The position numbers were made by a program, and so were the translations under genes. The notes below the pieces were generated by a model. That model saw nothing but the letters and a program-made list of their open reading frames with translations, was not told where the DNA came from and did no database searches. A stretch of 64,000 bases of DNA from Planctomycetota bacterium (GTDB lineage Bacteria; Planctomycetota; UBA8108; UBA1146): contig DUAN01000189.1 of assembly GCA_012960845.1 (NCBI GenBank), forward strand, positions 2,942-66,941, given 5' to 3'. The first letter of the stretch is position 1. Each line of letters begins with the position of its first letter. Shown one piece after another: positions 1 to 9,633 of the stretch.

Positions 1-611
1 CAGCGGAGCGACAGAAGATCGAGAGTCTCCCTCCACATGAGCAACGCTTGGTGCTGATGGGACGAAGAATCCATCGCTCTCTCTCTCTCTCCAAGCATGG
101 GCATCGTGTCATGTATCTGGCTCGCCACCTCACTCTGGCGCAGATGAATCAGTTCATCGAGACTGGGGATGTGGATGAGAGTCACCCGCAACTGCAAGAA
201 GCCGTCGCGCAGTTGAGTGATGAGATGAAGAAACGAATCCAGAAGCTGTTGCGAAGAGGTCGAGATCGACGCTTCAGGCCGAAGGGTGGCTTTCGGCCAC
301 CAGCGACCGGAGGCCAGGATCAAAGACCTCCTGCTCCTCCGGGAGCCAGGGGGCGCAATCATCCGCCTGGCGCCGCCGACCAGGAGCGAAGACCCCCACC
401 AGGAGCTGGGCCACGCAGGCTACGACCGGGTGGCGCAGATCGACGCCCCCGCCGAGAAATGATGCGAGGAGCCTCTCTCGAAGGAGCGGCTCTACCAGCT
501 CTCAAAGCGCTGATAGAAGTGGACCCCGCACCTCAAAATCGCACACCACAGGCTCTGGAAGGCCTCCACCGCTCCCTGGAAGACCTCGGGGCGCTCGACC
601 ACAATTCCTGA
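1..611 (+). CDS. Hypothetical protein with Pro/Arg/Gly-rich low-complexity C-terminal half; 5'-truncated by the window edge
   Basis: Frame is open from the window start (AERQKIESLPPHEQRLVLM...) to TGA at 609-611; quasi-repeats QDQRPPAPPGA / DQERRPPPGA; no recognised family motif. Confidence 0.6.
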   Translation, partial: AERQKIESLPPHEQRLVLMGRRIHRSLSLSKHGHRVMYLARHLTLAQMNQFIETGDVDESHPQLQEAVAQLSDEMKKRIQKLLRRGRDRRFRPKGGFRPPATGGQDQRPPAPPGARGRNHPPGAADQERRPPPGAGPRRLRPGGADRRPRREMMRGASLEGAALPALKALIEVDPAPQNRTPQALEGLHRSLEDLGALDHNS

Positions 612-707
612 TTCCCCAGGGATCGGAGATGGCGCTCCACACTCACCTGGGGCACTTTCTGACCTCCCCCCGCTCACAGATCCTTGGAATCCACTGCCTC
701 CTCTCCC

Positions 708-735
708 TTGACCCGATTTCTCTGCTTGCTAGGAT
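708..735 (+). promoter_or_regulatory. Putative sigma70 promoter
   Basis: TTGACC-N16-TAGGAT with TG at the extended -10 position, about 30 nt upstream of the ATG at 768 (RBS-like GAGAGG). Confidence 0.55.
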
Positions 736-767
736 TTTAGATTCCTGAACGAACACGAGAGGATCCG

Positions 768-1229
768 ATGGCCAAGCGCACTAAACCCGCCGCACGAAAA
801 AAGAGACGCGGCGGATCCAGTAAGAAGAACACTCCCAAGTTAGTCCAAGCGGCGCCCACTTCTGGTGGCATTCCGGTGGTCTGTAGCGAGTGCTACTCCG
901 ACTTCCTGTTCATGCCAAACACATCCAGCACATCTGCAAACTGTCCTGTCTGCATGCACAGCGGACAGGTGCCAGACTCTGGAGAGGTCGCGCGCATCTC
1001 GATGGCAAAAGCGACTGAACAGAAGGCGCTCATCGCCGCTTCTGTTCCAGGGGTCTTGTTCGTCTTGATCGGACTCTTCTATCTGATGCAGTTGAACTCC
1101 GCTGGTTCACCCGCAGAACTCGGTCCGGCGCTGAACTACTCGCTTCTGGGCGGAACCATTTTGTTGTTCCTGATCACCATCGTCTTCGCCGCTCGTTATG
1201 AGAAGAGTCGCAGCGAGATCTACTTCTAG
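768..1229 (+). CDS. Zinc-ribbon membrane protein (basic N-terminus, CxxC...CxxC, two TM helices)
   Basis: CSEC...CPVC motifs followed by two hydrophobic stretches (VPGVLFVLIGLFYL; LLGGTILLFLITIVF). Confidence 0.7.
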   Translation: MAKRTKPAARKKRRGGSSKKNTPKLVQAAPTSGGIPVVCSECYSDFLFMPNTSSTSANCPVCMHSGQVPDSGEVARISMAKATEQKALIAASVPGVLFVLIGLFYLMQLNSAGSPAELGPALNYSLLGGTILLFLITIVFAARYEKSRSEIYF

Positions 1230-1249
1230 ATCATCGCTGCACCACTCCA

Positions 1250-2953
1250 TCAACGCTCGACGAAGGTTCCGTGATTCTCCTCGGCCAATAGTCTCATCAT
1301 CTGGGATGCGGCAGGGTCCAGATGGAATCCAATGGTGTGAATCTTGACCTTGCGCTGCTGGTTGCGAGCACGAATCGCAGCGAGGATCCCTCCCGGCTCG
1401 ACAATTTTCCCCATCGTGGGAGCTCCGTCACTGAGGAAGTAGATGGTGTTGACTTCCGGGTCATCGAGAGCAGAAATCAAGGTGTCATAGACATTGGTCA
1501 TCCCCCGAGGACCTAGCGATCTGACGTAATCCATCGCATCGGAGCGAATCCCATCCTCCATCTCGACGAGACCCGGTCGCCAGGGGGTAAAGGTGCTCTC
1601 GAAGGCGATGATGTTGAACTGGGTGCCGTCGGGGATCCCGTCGAGCACTCTCAACAGTTCGCGGCGTGCGACCTCGATCTTGGCCATCTTCTCTCTCTTA
1701 CCAGTCTTGCCGGATGAGTCTTCATCGACACCGGTTCCACCACGCTGGATCCGACCTCCGGGCAGTTTGACCGTATCGACCTCGTAGGGTTCTTCCATGC
1801 TCCCGGAAATATCGACGATGAAGGTGACGAAGCGGCTGAGTACTCGCAGTCCATAATAGGTACCGGTGGTGCTCTCCGAAGACTCCTCACGGATTCGCTG
1901 GTACTCCTCGCGGGAAATCCCGCGGATCTCTGCATCTTTTCCTTCTCGGTCCCACCACGAGGTCCAGGAGACTTCACTGGGGCCATAGTCCTGGCCCGTC
2001 AACCAGACCAGTGCATCGCAGATATCATCGAGGACTCGACCCTCATGCTTTCCAACCCGCTTGACCAGAGCTTCGGCCACCTCCTTGCCGCCGATCTTCC
2101 GTAGCGCCTGAACCGTCGACACCTGCACCTCGACAAATGCGTCCTTCAGCATCGGGAGCAAGATTTTGATCACTTCAGGGTCGTGAGTATCGCCGAAGAT
2201 ATCGACCGCACAGGCTCGTACGGTCCAGTGTTTACTTTTCAGAGCCCTGTGAAAGGTACGGCTCTGATCATCGGCTTCCAGCTGCTGGAGAGCCTGAAGC
2301 ACAGCCACCTGCAACTTGGCATCGTTGACCCTGAACAACTTGCCCAGTTTCTTCTTGGAAGACTCGACCCGGTGCATGCGGATCAGATCGACGATCAATG
2401 CCTGGTTGTGCGGCGGGATCTTGCGATTCCCGAGAATTTTAGCGGCGGACTCCCCCGCCGCAGAATTGTCGGCGCGCAGTGCGATGGAGAGAAGAATATT
2501 CTGCGACTCGACATCGAGTGCCGGGACCCTGAGGATCCCCTTCTCGGCGATGTAATCTGACTCTCCCTGACTCAGGTCACGGTCCCAACAGTCTCTCACC
2601 ACCCAGTAGGACCGGGTCGGTAGAATCGTCAGGCCCGACTCCACCACCGCCTGCAATCCAACAGAATGGCGATGGAGCGCTACCAGGCGAATTGCGGATT
2701 CGATGATCGATGTCTTTTCACTTCGATCTTCGATGATCGTCGCGAGAAATTCCGAAGCATCCAGAGAATCGATTTCACCGATCTTCTGAATCGCGTCGAT
2801 CCGTTCCAGAACCTCGAGATTTTTTTGCTGCCTGAACTGTTCTTTCCAGTGTTCTAGACCCTGAGCATCCACCTCGGACGAGCAAAAGAGCACGGAGATC
2901 GAGCACCAGAGGAGTCCCTGACAGATCCAGGCACACCGAGAAGCATTGAACAT
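1250..2953 (-). CDS. Secreted HEAT-repeat + von Willebrand factor A domain protein
   Basis: Start moved to ATG 2953 (GGAAAGG upstream; signal peptide ending VDA-Q). HEAT-like repeats (VQVSTVQALRKIG); VWA MIDAS motifs FIVDISGSM, GMTNVYD, YFLSDG, IHTIGF. Confidence 0.8.
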   Translation of the reverse strand: MFNASRCAWICQGLLWCSISVLFCSSEVDAQGLEHWKEQFRQQKNLEVLERIDAIQKIGEIDSLDASEFLATIIEDRSEKTSIIESAIRLVALHRHSVGLQAVVESGLTILPTRSYWVVRDCWDRDLSQGESDYIAEKGILRVPALDVESQNILLSIALRADNSAAGESAAKILGNRKIPPHNQALIVDLIRMHRVESSKKKLGKLFRVNDAKLQVAVLQALQQLEADDQSRTFHRALKSKHWTVRACAVDIFGDTHDPEVIKILLPMLKDAFVEVQVSTVQALRKIGGKEVAEALVKRVGKHEGRVLDDICDALVWLTGQDYGPSEVSWTSWWDREGKDAEIRGISREEYQRIREESSESTTGTYYGLRVLSRFVTFIVDISGSMEEPYEVDTVKLPGGRIQRGGTGVDEDSSGKTGKREKMAKIEVARRELLRVLDGIPDGTQFNIIAFESTFTPWRPGLVEMEDGIRSDAMDYVRSLGPRGMTNVYDTLISALDDPEVNTIYFLSDGAPTMGKIVEPGGILAAIRARNQQRKVKIHTIGFHLDPAASQMMRLLAEENHGTFVER

Positions 2954-3165
2954 CAATACACCTTTCCGAGGAGTCGGATGCCACTGCTCTCGAATCGGTT
3001 GAGAGGCACCAATACTGTCGGTACCGAGTCTCGCCACTCGATGGAACCGACTCGAACCTGTTATCCTGTCCATCTCCAACGAACAGCGATGATGTGATTC
3101 TGGCCGCAGGAACTGCTCATGTCCATCCCCCGATCGTCACTCCTTCCGAACACACGAGGTGAAAG

Positions 3166-4242
3166 TTGAAATCTGGCCCCCTGCTGTCCCTCGCTCCGAT
3201 CCTGCTGCTGGGATTTCTCTTCAGCTCTCTTCCACAGATGGGCAGTACTGAAACTCGCCAGCGAAGCGACCAAGAAACACACGCCGCGACTGCAGCGCAA
3301 CACTGGCCCAAACCAACAGGAATTACGATTCTCCTGATGGGCGAAGATCCCGCCGAGAGATTCTCCACAAACTTGCGGTGGGCTCAACAAATCGGATTTC
3401 GCTGGATCCAGATCACATTCCCCGCCTACCAGAGTCGATTCGATTCATCTTCTTTACCGGTAGAGGACCACAGGAGTCCATCCTTGAAGCAAATCTCCCG
3501 AGCGATAGACGACGCCAGGAATGCGGGGATGCAGGTAGCCTTGCAACCGCTGCTGTTGCTCCAGGATCCACACGATCCTCACTGGCGCGGACAGTTGAAA
3601 CCGGTTGAGCCCAGGAGGTGGTTCCGTCATTACCAGCAGTGGATCCTGAGTCTTGCCCAGCTGGCTCAACGACATCAGGTCGACCTGTTCTTCGTCGGTA
3701 GCGAGTTGTCCTCACTGGAATACGACAGCGAAAGTTGGCTTCGCATCATCAAGGATGTACGTCAATCCTTTTCCGGCTGGGTCAGTTACTCTGCCAACTG
3801 GGATCATTGGCAACAGATCGGATTTGCCAGCCAACTCGATGCGCTGGGACTCAACGGTTACATCCCTCTGGCCACCACCAACGATGACCGAGATGAGGCT
3901 CTGGTGGCTCGATGGCTACCATTTCGGTCGAGGATTCATCGCTGGACCCGCGACTCCGGCATTCCGGTATTCTTCAGTGAGTTGGGCTTCCCATCGCACT
4001 CCCTGGGATTGCAGGAACCGTGGAATCACACCGTGGTGGCTGCAGCAGACCCGGTCATACAGGCCCGAGGCTATCAGTCCTTCCTCGACACTTTTTCGAC
4101 AGATCCCCTGCTACAGGGGGTTTTCTTCTATGCACTTCACATGGATGGCGGCGAGCATGACCCGAGTTACACTCCAGCAGGGAAACCTGCTGAGGAATTG
4201 CTCCGAGCCCATCTCCAGAGAGGAACCGGCGAACCCAGATGA
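3166..4242 (+). CDS. Secreted glycoside hydrolase family 113-like (TIM-barrel, beta-mannanase family)
   Basis: Signal peptide; WRG, FFVGSEL (acid/base Glu), SYSANWD, FFSELGFPS (nucleophile Glu), YTPAGKPAE motifs. Confidence 0.75.
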   Translation: MKSGPLLSLAPILLLGFLFSSLPQMGSTETRQRSDQETHAATAAQHWPKPTGITILLMGEDPAERFSTNLRWAQQIGFRWIQITFPAYQSRFDSSSLPVEDHRSPSLKQISRAIDDARNAGMQVALQPLLLLQDPHDPHWRGQLKPVEPRRWFRHYQQWILSLAQLAQRHQVDLFFVGSELSSLEYDSESWLRIIKDVRQSFSGWVSYSANWDHWQQIGFASQLDALGLNGYIPLATTNDDRDEALVARWLPFRSRIHRWTRDSGIPVFFSELGFPSHSLGLQEPWNHTVVAAADPVIQARGYQSFLDTFSTDPLLQGVFFYALHMDGGEHDPSYTPAGKPAEELLRAHLQRGTGEPR

Positions 4243-5198
4243 CCAGATTGCTGATCTTCTGCGCCCTGATGGTGACTGCGGTGCTCTTCCAGGCGCTCCA
4301 GGCTCGTCCACCGTTGATCGAGATCAGCGAGAAGATCGCTTCCCCTTCCTCGGTATCTTTGGCCGCAAACTCATCCCTCGATTCCACTCACCCCGTGGAG
4401 AACTCGGACTCGCAGCAACGCTCCCACTGGTCCACTGAACAAAAACGCTCCATCGAGGAACGCCTGTCACGATGGTCCCCCATCGAAATCAGCGAACTCG
4501 AACTAGCGGGACCGTCTCCAGCGGATCAACTGCTGCTCCTCGAGTCGCTCTGTCAGCAGGAGTTGACACGCCTCGGCCAGAAGGACCCTGCAGCCGCTGT
4601 TCCACTGCTGACGATGCGACTGAAGGGCGGATCGACTCTCGCCTATCGATCTCTTCAGATCCGTGCCGCCACGGTAGAAACGGTACTCCCCAGTGGACTA
4701 TCGATCCGCATTCCGACTTCTCGCATCGAAGCGACTCAGGTAACCACGACTGTCCCACCCGCAGCCACGTCTCCTTCGGGCAGTCTCGTCGACACCATTT
4801 CCATCGTAGACAGCATCGGTCGACAGGAACCGATCGATCCGATCCGCTGGCGCTCCTGGCTCGAACACGGTGGGCCCGTGATGCTGGCACGATTGATTCC
4901 TACAGAGCGTTCGAAACCGTTGCATGAGTTGACCCGGAACGCCGGGAAGTCATTGCCTTCAGATCTACCAGAGGTCGCGGGGAAGTCGACGGAACAGTTG
5001 AGTCAATGGATCTCCTCGATCCGAACCCTTTTGCGAGAAGGATTCCCCTCCGAGCAAAGGGTCGAGGTCCTCGAGCAGATCGACCAGTGGCAACAATGGC
5101 TCGACCTTCAAGCCCTTACAGCACAGACTCGATACCAGCAGATGAGTCAACAACTTCGGCTACTGAAGCTGGACATCGTCAAGAGCACAGGTTTTTGA
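4239..5198 (+). CDS. Exported hypothetical protein
   Basis: ATGA overlap with the upstream gene; N-terminal signal peptide (LQA-R); contains one small LxGGxxL...GLSIRIPxSRI module. Confidence 0.65.
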   Translation: MTRLLIFCALMVTAVLFQALQARPPLIEISEKIASPSSVSLAANSSLDSTHPVENSDSQQRSHWSTEQKRSIEERLSRWSPIEISELELAGPSPADQLLLLESLCQQELTRLGQKDPAAAVPLLTMRLKGGSTLAYRSLQIRAATVETVLPSGLSIRIPTSRIEATQVTTTVPPAATSPSGSLVDTISIVDSIGRQEPIDPIRWRSWLEHGGPVMLARLIPTERSKPLHELTRNAGKSLPSDLPEVAGKSTEQLSQWISSIRTLLREGFPSEQRVEVLEQIDQWQQWLDLQALTAQTRYQQMSQQLRLLKLDIVKSTGF

Positions 5199-5213
5199 TC
5201 GAGGAGATCCCGG

Positions 5214-5876
5214 ATGAAGAAAGAACGAATCGCCGTCGTTGGGCTGGGACAGTTTGGTTCATCCCTGGTTCGCGAACTCGTCCACATGAAGGTCGAAATC
5301 CTCGCCATCGACAAAAATTCGCAGAGGGTGATGGAGATCGCCGAGTCGTGTGACGACGCACTGACTCTCGACATCCTCGATGAGGAGGCGATTCGTGAAC
5401 ACCTGATCGGAGTCAAGACAGTGGTGGTTTGCATCGGAGAGAGTCCGCTGCCCGGGATCCTCCTGACGACCATCGCCAAGGAGTTGAAGATCCCCAGGGT
5501 TCATGTTCGAGCACATGGAGATACTGCTCAGAAGATTCTACTCAAGTTGGGGGCGGACGATGTCTATTCGCCGGAGAAGAAAGCGGCCCGCAGGATGGCG
5601 CTAAAATTGACGGTTCCCAACATCGTGGACTCTCTTCCGATGGGGAAAGATCAGGCGATTGTTGAGATTCCAGTTCCCGATCGCTGGATCGGCAAAACCA
5701 TCGGCGAGCTCGAGATCCGTCAGAATCACGCCATCAATTTAATCTGTATCTGGCGAGCGGATGCCGATGTAGCGGACTTCAGCCCCGCAGTCGATGTTCC
5801 CTTTCAGGAGACCGACAAGGTGTTCCTGCTGGGGTCGAAGGATCGACTGGCAGACCTCAAACCTTCCGACTCCTAG
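5214..5876 (+). CDS. trkA: TrkA/KtrA-family K+ uptake regulatory subunit (RCK-N + RCK-C)
   Basis: GAGGAG RBS; Rossmann IAVVGLGQFG, LAIDKN, LKLGAD-VYSPE, WIGKTIGEL motifs. Confidence 0.9.
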   Translation: MKKERIAVVGLGQFGSSLVRELVHMKVEILAIDKNSQRVMEIAESCDDALTLDILDEEAIREHLIGVKTVVVCIGESPLPGILLTTIAKELKIPRVHVRAHGDTAQKILLKLGADDVYSPEKKAARRMALKLTVPNIVDSLPMGKDQAIVEIPVPDRWIGKTIGELEIRQNHAINLICIWRADADVADFSPAVDVPFQETDKVFLLGSKDRLADLKPSDS

Positions 5877-5882
5877 CTGCGG

Positions 5883-7490
5883 CTAGCCGAGCATCACGCG
5901 GCCCGGTGGGCGCTCTCCTCGTGGAGCGGAACTGGAGATGGAAGCCATCGCAAGGACCAGCGCCAGCGGCCCCAGTCGACCGCAGATCATCGCCACCTCG
6001 ATGATGGTGCGCCCGGTTTCGCTCAAGGTCGATGTCACACCGCGACTCAATCCAACGGTGGCCAGTGCGCTGGTCACCTCGAAGGCATAATCGATGAACT
6101 GATACTTCTCTGAAGAACCGTCCACCGCCAGCAGCAATCCCAGCAAGATTCCCCACAGCAACATGCCGATCACCGCCAGCACCGCAGCGGTCCGGATCAC
6201 CGGATCGGGGATCACTCGGTTCCACGCCACCACCTGGCCGCCGCCACGAAGTTCGGACCAGGTCGCGAGAAATAACACCCCGATGGTGGTGGTCTTCAAA
6301 CCACCACCAGTCGATCCGGGAGAGGCTCCGATACTCATCAAAACCATCAGAACCAGAGTGCTGGCCCATGGCAGAACCGAAGTCGTGGAAGTGTTGAAGC
6401 CTGCGGTCCGCGCCGTAATACTCCAGAACCACGAGTCGCTCCCTGTTCCGCTGAAAGAGAGCAACAAGGCCCCCGAGATCAGCAATACGAGACTGACCAG
6501 CAGGGTCAGTCGGGTCTGGAGCGGGAATCGCTGACTGCCATTCGAACCAAACTTCCGCCACAGATCGAGAAGAACAGGGAAACCCAATCCGCCGACGATG
6601 ATCAGCATCGCCATCACCAAACGAGCTGCGGTGGAGTACCCTTCCAGCGATGAGGAGTGGAGGGAGAATCCGGCGTTACAGAAGGCGCTGACGGCATGAA
6701 ATAGCGCATCGAAATACCCACCCTCGCTGTCGGTCGCCCAGATCAGAAACAAGGTACCGATCGACTCCACCAGCAAGGTAGAGATGACGATCACACCGAG
6801 CAATTTCCTCAGTTCCAAGATGCCCACTCCAGCGAGCGAATCTCGCAGCGCTTTGCCCTGACGGATGCCGAGACCATCCCCCAGCACCAGGGCAAAGAAG
6901 GCAAAGAGACTGATCACTCCCAGACCTCCAAGTTGGATCAGACCCAGCAAAACCCACTGTCCTTCGATCGACAGTTGAGAACCAATATCGATGACGGTCA
7001 GTCCGGTGACGGTCACGGCACTGATGGCGGTAAAGAGAGCCTCTGAAAGGATCAAAGGATCCATCGGGCTTTCGATCGATTGACAACGTGGCATCATCAT
7101 GAGGGCGGTTCCGACCACCACTGGTGCCAGGAAGAAGAGGATCACTACCAGCGCTCCACCACGCCGAATTTGTTCCAGCAGAAAGGAAAGTAATCCTAGC
7201 AGGGTGAAGCCCAGGGCGAATAAGGCACCGATGATGACCAGGAATTGTTGATTCCAGCCGCACCCGATCAGGCACAACAGCAGCACCGTCAACCCGGGGA
7301 GGGAGCTGCGGCTCCCCTCGGATCGGAGTTTCAGGATCAGATCGGCGAGGGCGACCAGAGCCAGCAGCAGGGGTACGGTGGTCCACCCCTCGACCGGCAT
7401 GCTACCCGCTGGACTGAGGAACCAGGGCCCCATCACCAGCATCGCAGTGAGCCCCAGCAAAGCACGGATCGAGTGAGAAAAGAGGTCCAT
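5883..7490 (-). CDS. trkH: TrkH/KtrB-family K+ uptake membrane subunit
   Basis: Four pore-loop motifs, each with Gly: SAVTVTGLT, SAFCNAGFS, TARTAGFN, SALATVGLS; also IGASPGSTGGGLK and GRLGPL. Confidence 0.92.
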   Translation of the reverse strand: MDLFSHSIRALLGLTAMLVMGPWFLSPAGSMPVEGWTTVPLLLALVALADLILKLRSEGSRSSLPGLTVLLLCLIGCGWNQQFLVIIGALFALGFTLLGLLSFLLEQIRRGGALVVILFFLAPVVVGTALMMMPRCQSIESPMDPLILSEALFTAISAVTVTGLTVIDIGSQLSIEGQWVLLGLIQLGGLGVISLFAFFALVLGDGLGIRQGKALRDSLAGVGILELRKLLGVIVISTLLVESIGTLFLIWATDSEGGYFDALFHAVSAFCNAGFSLHSSSLEGYSTAARLVMAMLIIVGGLGFPVLLDLWRKFGSNGSQRFPLQTRLTLLVSLVLLISGALLLSFSGTGSDSWFWSITARTAGFNTSTTSVLPWASTLVLMVLMSIGASPGSTGGGLKTTTIGVLFLATWSELRGGGQVVAWNRVIPDPVIRTAAVLAVIGMLLWGILLGLLLAVDGSSEKYQFIDYAFEVTSALATVGLSRGVTSTLSETGRTIIEVAMICGRLGPLALVLAMASISSSAPRGERPPGRVMLG

Positions 7491-7619
7491 GGCGATTGAT
7501 TGTGCAGGAACTGCGCTGCTGAGGCCAGTGCGTCTGGATTCCGGTCGGCGGATCTGCTAGAAAACGGGTCGCATGCGGGGTCCAGTCCAGTCGAAGGACC
7601 CCTGTTTCCCTGTTACCAG

Positions 7620-7692
7620 GGCCCTGTAGCTCAGTGGATAGAGCACCGGCCTCCGAAGCCGGGTGTCGCACGTTCGAATCGTGCCAGGGTCG
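7620..7692 (+). tRNA. tRNA-Arg(CCG), CCA not encoded
   Basis: Acceptor GGCCCTG/CAGGGTC; D-arm AGCTCAGTGGATAGAGC; anticodon arm CCGGC-CTCCGAA-GCCGG; T-loop GTTCGAATC. Confidence 0.95.
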
Positions 7693-7701
7693 TTCAAATC
7701 G

Positions 7702-7727
7702 GCGCCGGGAGTCCTTTCTCCCGGCGC
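7702..7727 (+). terminator. GC-rich hairpin downstream of tRNA-Arg (terminator or processing stem)
   Basis: Perfect 10-bp stem GCGCCGGGAG-TCCTTT-CTCCCGGCGC; no strong U-tract follows. Confidence 0.5.
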
Positions 7728-7749
7728 TGGCTTCGTTGCAGGAGGAGAT

Positions 7750-8589
7750 CTGAACTCACTCAATACCGCTCCGGAGCGACCCGACACCTGGGTCATCGGA
7801 GATGTTCACGGCTGTCACGCCACCCTCTCCCAACTGCTCGAATCGTTGCACAAGAGCGATCCAGCGTGCCACTTCGTCTTCGTCGGTGACCTGGTGGGTA
7901 AGGGCCCCTCGAGTCTCGAGGTGCTGAAGACGGTTCATTCTCTCGGAGATCGTGCCGAGGTGATTCTGGGCAATCATGATCTTCATCTACTGGCGATCCA
8001 CGCCCAGGTCACCACAGCACGTGCTGGAGACCACCTGGAAGAGTGCCTACAACACACCGCTCTCACTCAGCCGGAACCGTGGCAATGGCCTCGCTGGCTG
8101 GCGCAGAAGCCGCTGGCGCTGGTCGTGGCCGAATCTTCCGGAATTCCCTGGCTGGTGGTTCACGCCGGGCTTCACCCGCAGTGGAGTGTCGCCGAGGTGA
8201 TGACTCGAGCGATGCACCTCTCTCAGCGGATTCGCAGTGGCGACTGGTCCTGGTATCAAAATCCGAACGATCCGGATGGAGTCACCGCAGCCTACTTGAC
8301 CCGGGTGCGAGGATTGAAGAAAGACCTGTCACTGGCGGATCAGTGGACCGGTGCGCTCGATACCTGTCCGCCGACCGTGACTCCGTGGTTCCAGGTCGAG
8401 GATCGTGCGACCCGCGAGCACGCCACCATCACGGGCCACTGGGCTGCTCTGGGGCTGGTTCGACATCAGAAGCATGTCAGCATCGATACCGGCTGCGTTT
8501 ATGGAGGAGCACTGGTAGCACTCTCGCTGAACAGCGGGGTGACCCGGCGAGTCGAATGCCTGCCAGAGGATCGAATCGTGACCGATTAG
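7750..8589 (+). CDS. apaH: Symmetrical bis(5'-nucleosyl)-tetraphosphatase (Ap4A hydrolase)
   Basis: IGDVHGC, VGDLVGKGP, LGNHDLHLL, VHAGLHPQW, GHWAALG, DTGCVYGG. The track start at 7663 lies inside the tRNA; the likely start is CTG 7750 after AGGAGGAG (start uncertain). Confidence 0.88.
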   Translation: MNSLNTAPERPDTWVIGDVHGCHATLSQLLESLHKSDPACHFVFVGDLVGKGPSSLEVLKTVHSLGDRAEVILGNHDLHLLAIHAQVTTARAGDHLEECLQHTALTQPEPWQWPRWLAQKPLALVVAESSGIPWLVVHAGLHPQWSVAEVMTRAMHLSQRIRSGDWSWYQNPNDPDGVTAAYLTRVRGLKKDLSLADQWTGALDTCPPTVTPWFQVEDRATREHATITGHWAALGLVRHQKHVSIDTGCVYGGALVALSLNSGVTRRVECLPEDRIVTD

Positions 8590-9377
8590 ACCTCGTCTTC
8601 GAGTAACTCATCGATGATGTAGGTGCCACTTCTCTGGTCCTTGTGGACGCTGATCAACTTGTGTTTCTCGGCATCGACGAGCAACTTGGAGAAGTGTGTG
8701 TAACCGTGATATTCCTCGCTGAAGGTCGGTTGCTTGCGTTTCATCGTTTGCTTGACCATCGAGGCCCAGATCACCTCATAGTTCTCTCGTTGCAGTGCAG
8801 CGATGGAACTGATGAGCAGGGAGAATGCGGCGTCCTGATCCTTGCTCAACTTTCGTGAGACTTTCTTGGTGGTCCTACGGGTTCTCTTCTTGCGAGTTCG
8901 AACCAGGTCTTCATAGAAGATGAACTCATCGCAGTTATCGATGAGCAGGTTACTGGACGAGTGCTTGACACCGAGACCGATGATCTTCTTGTTATTCTCT
9001 CGCAACTGGGAAACCAGTGGAGAGAAATCGCTATCGCCGGAGATCAACACGAAGGTATCGACGTGTGGCTTCGAGTAGGAAAGTTCCAGGGCGTCGACCA
9101 CCATCTTGATATCGGCGCTATTCTTTCCCGACATCTTGCGCTCAGGAATATCGATCAGCTCGATGGCACACTCATGGAAGGGCCGCTTGTACTGGGTCCA
9201 GTTGGACCAGTCGGCGTAGGCCCTCTTGACCGTGATCTTGCCCTTCTCGACCAGACGATCGAGAATCTTGACGATATCCAGTTTGGCGATCTTGGCTTCC
9301 TTGACACCGATGGCGATGTTGTCGAGGTCGACAAATACGGCGATCTGGTGCTCCTGGTCGACGTTGTTATTGTTCAA
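8586..9377 (-). CDS. NYN-domain (LabA/DUF88) protein with C-terminal OST-HTH/LOTUS domain
   Basis: IAVFVDLDN, RAYADW, GKNSADIKMVVDA, LISGDSDFSPL, CDEFIFY; C-terminal PTFSEEYHGYTHFSKLL. Confidence 0.9.
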   Translation of the reverse strand: MNNNNVDQEHQIAVFVDLDNIAIGVKEAKIAKLDIVKILDRLVEKGKITVKRAYADWSNWTQYKRPFHECAIELIDIPERKMSGKNSADIKMVVDALELSYSKPHVDTFVLISGDSDFSPLVSQLRENNKKIIGLGVKHSSSNLLIDNCDEFIFYEDLVRTRKKRTRRTTKKVSRKLSKDQDAAFSLLISSIAALQRENYEVIWASMVKQTMKRKQPTFSEEYHGYTHFSKLLVDAEKHKLISVHKDQRSGTYIIDELLEDEV

Positions 9378-9633
9378 TTCAGTCCCCCTTCGATCGGGGT
9401 ACCGGCTCGTCCGCCATTCCTGAAAACAGAAGAGGACGCCAGTTCATCTGGAGAAATCAGTCCCTCAGCGATTCCTCCCCGGGGAATCCACTACTGGACC
9501 TGGGGTCGATCCCCGACCGAGGATCGACGCTCTGCTTCCCCGATGGGAAGCAGACCTGCGCATCATGGCATGTGTGCCCCTGTCGATGCAACCCCGCTCG
9601 GGCTTCGATCTGAGGAAGATCGAGGCAGAGCGC

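Noticed and set aside
7663-7749. Annotated apaH N-terminus
   Set aside because: Overlaps the tRNA-Arg and its downstream hairpin.
8586-9377. NYN-domain gene as a toxin or defence system
   Set aside because: It is a standard stand-alone LabA/DUF88 + OST-HTH protein with no antitoxin or defence neighbours.
9380-9630. Several short hairpins upstream of the NYN gene as a possible ncRNA
   Set aside because: No recognisable conserved RNA motif; GC-rich hairpins are expected by chance or as a terminator of the upstream operon. An Rfam scan would settle it.
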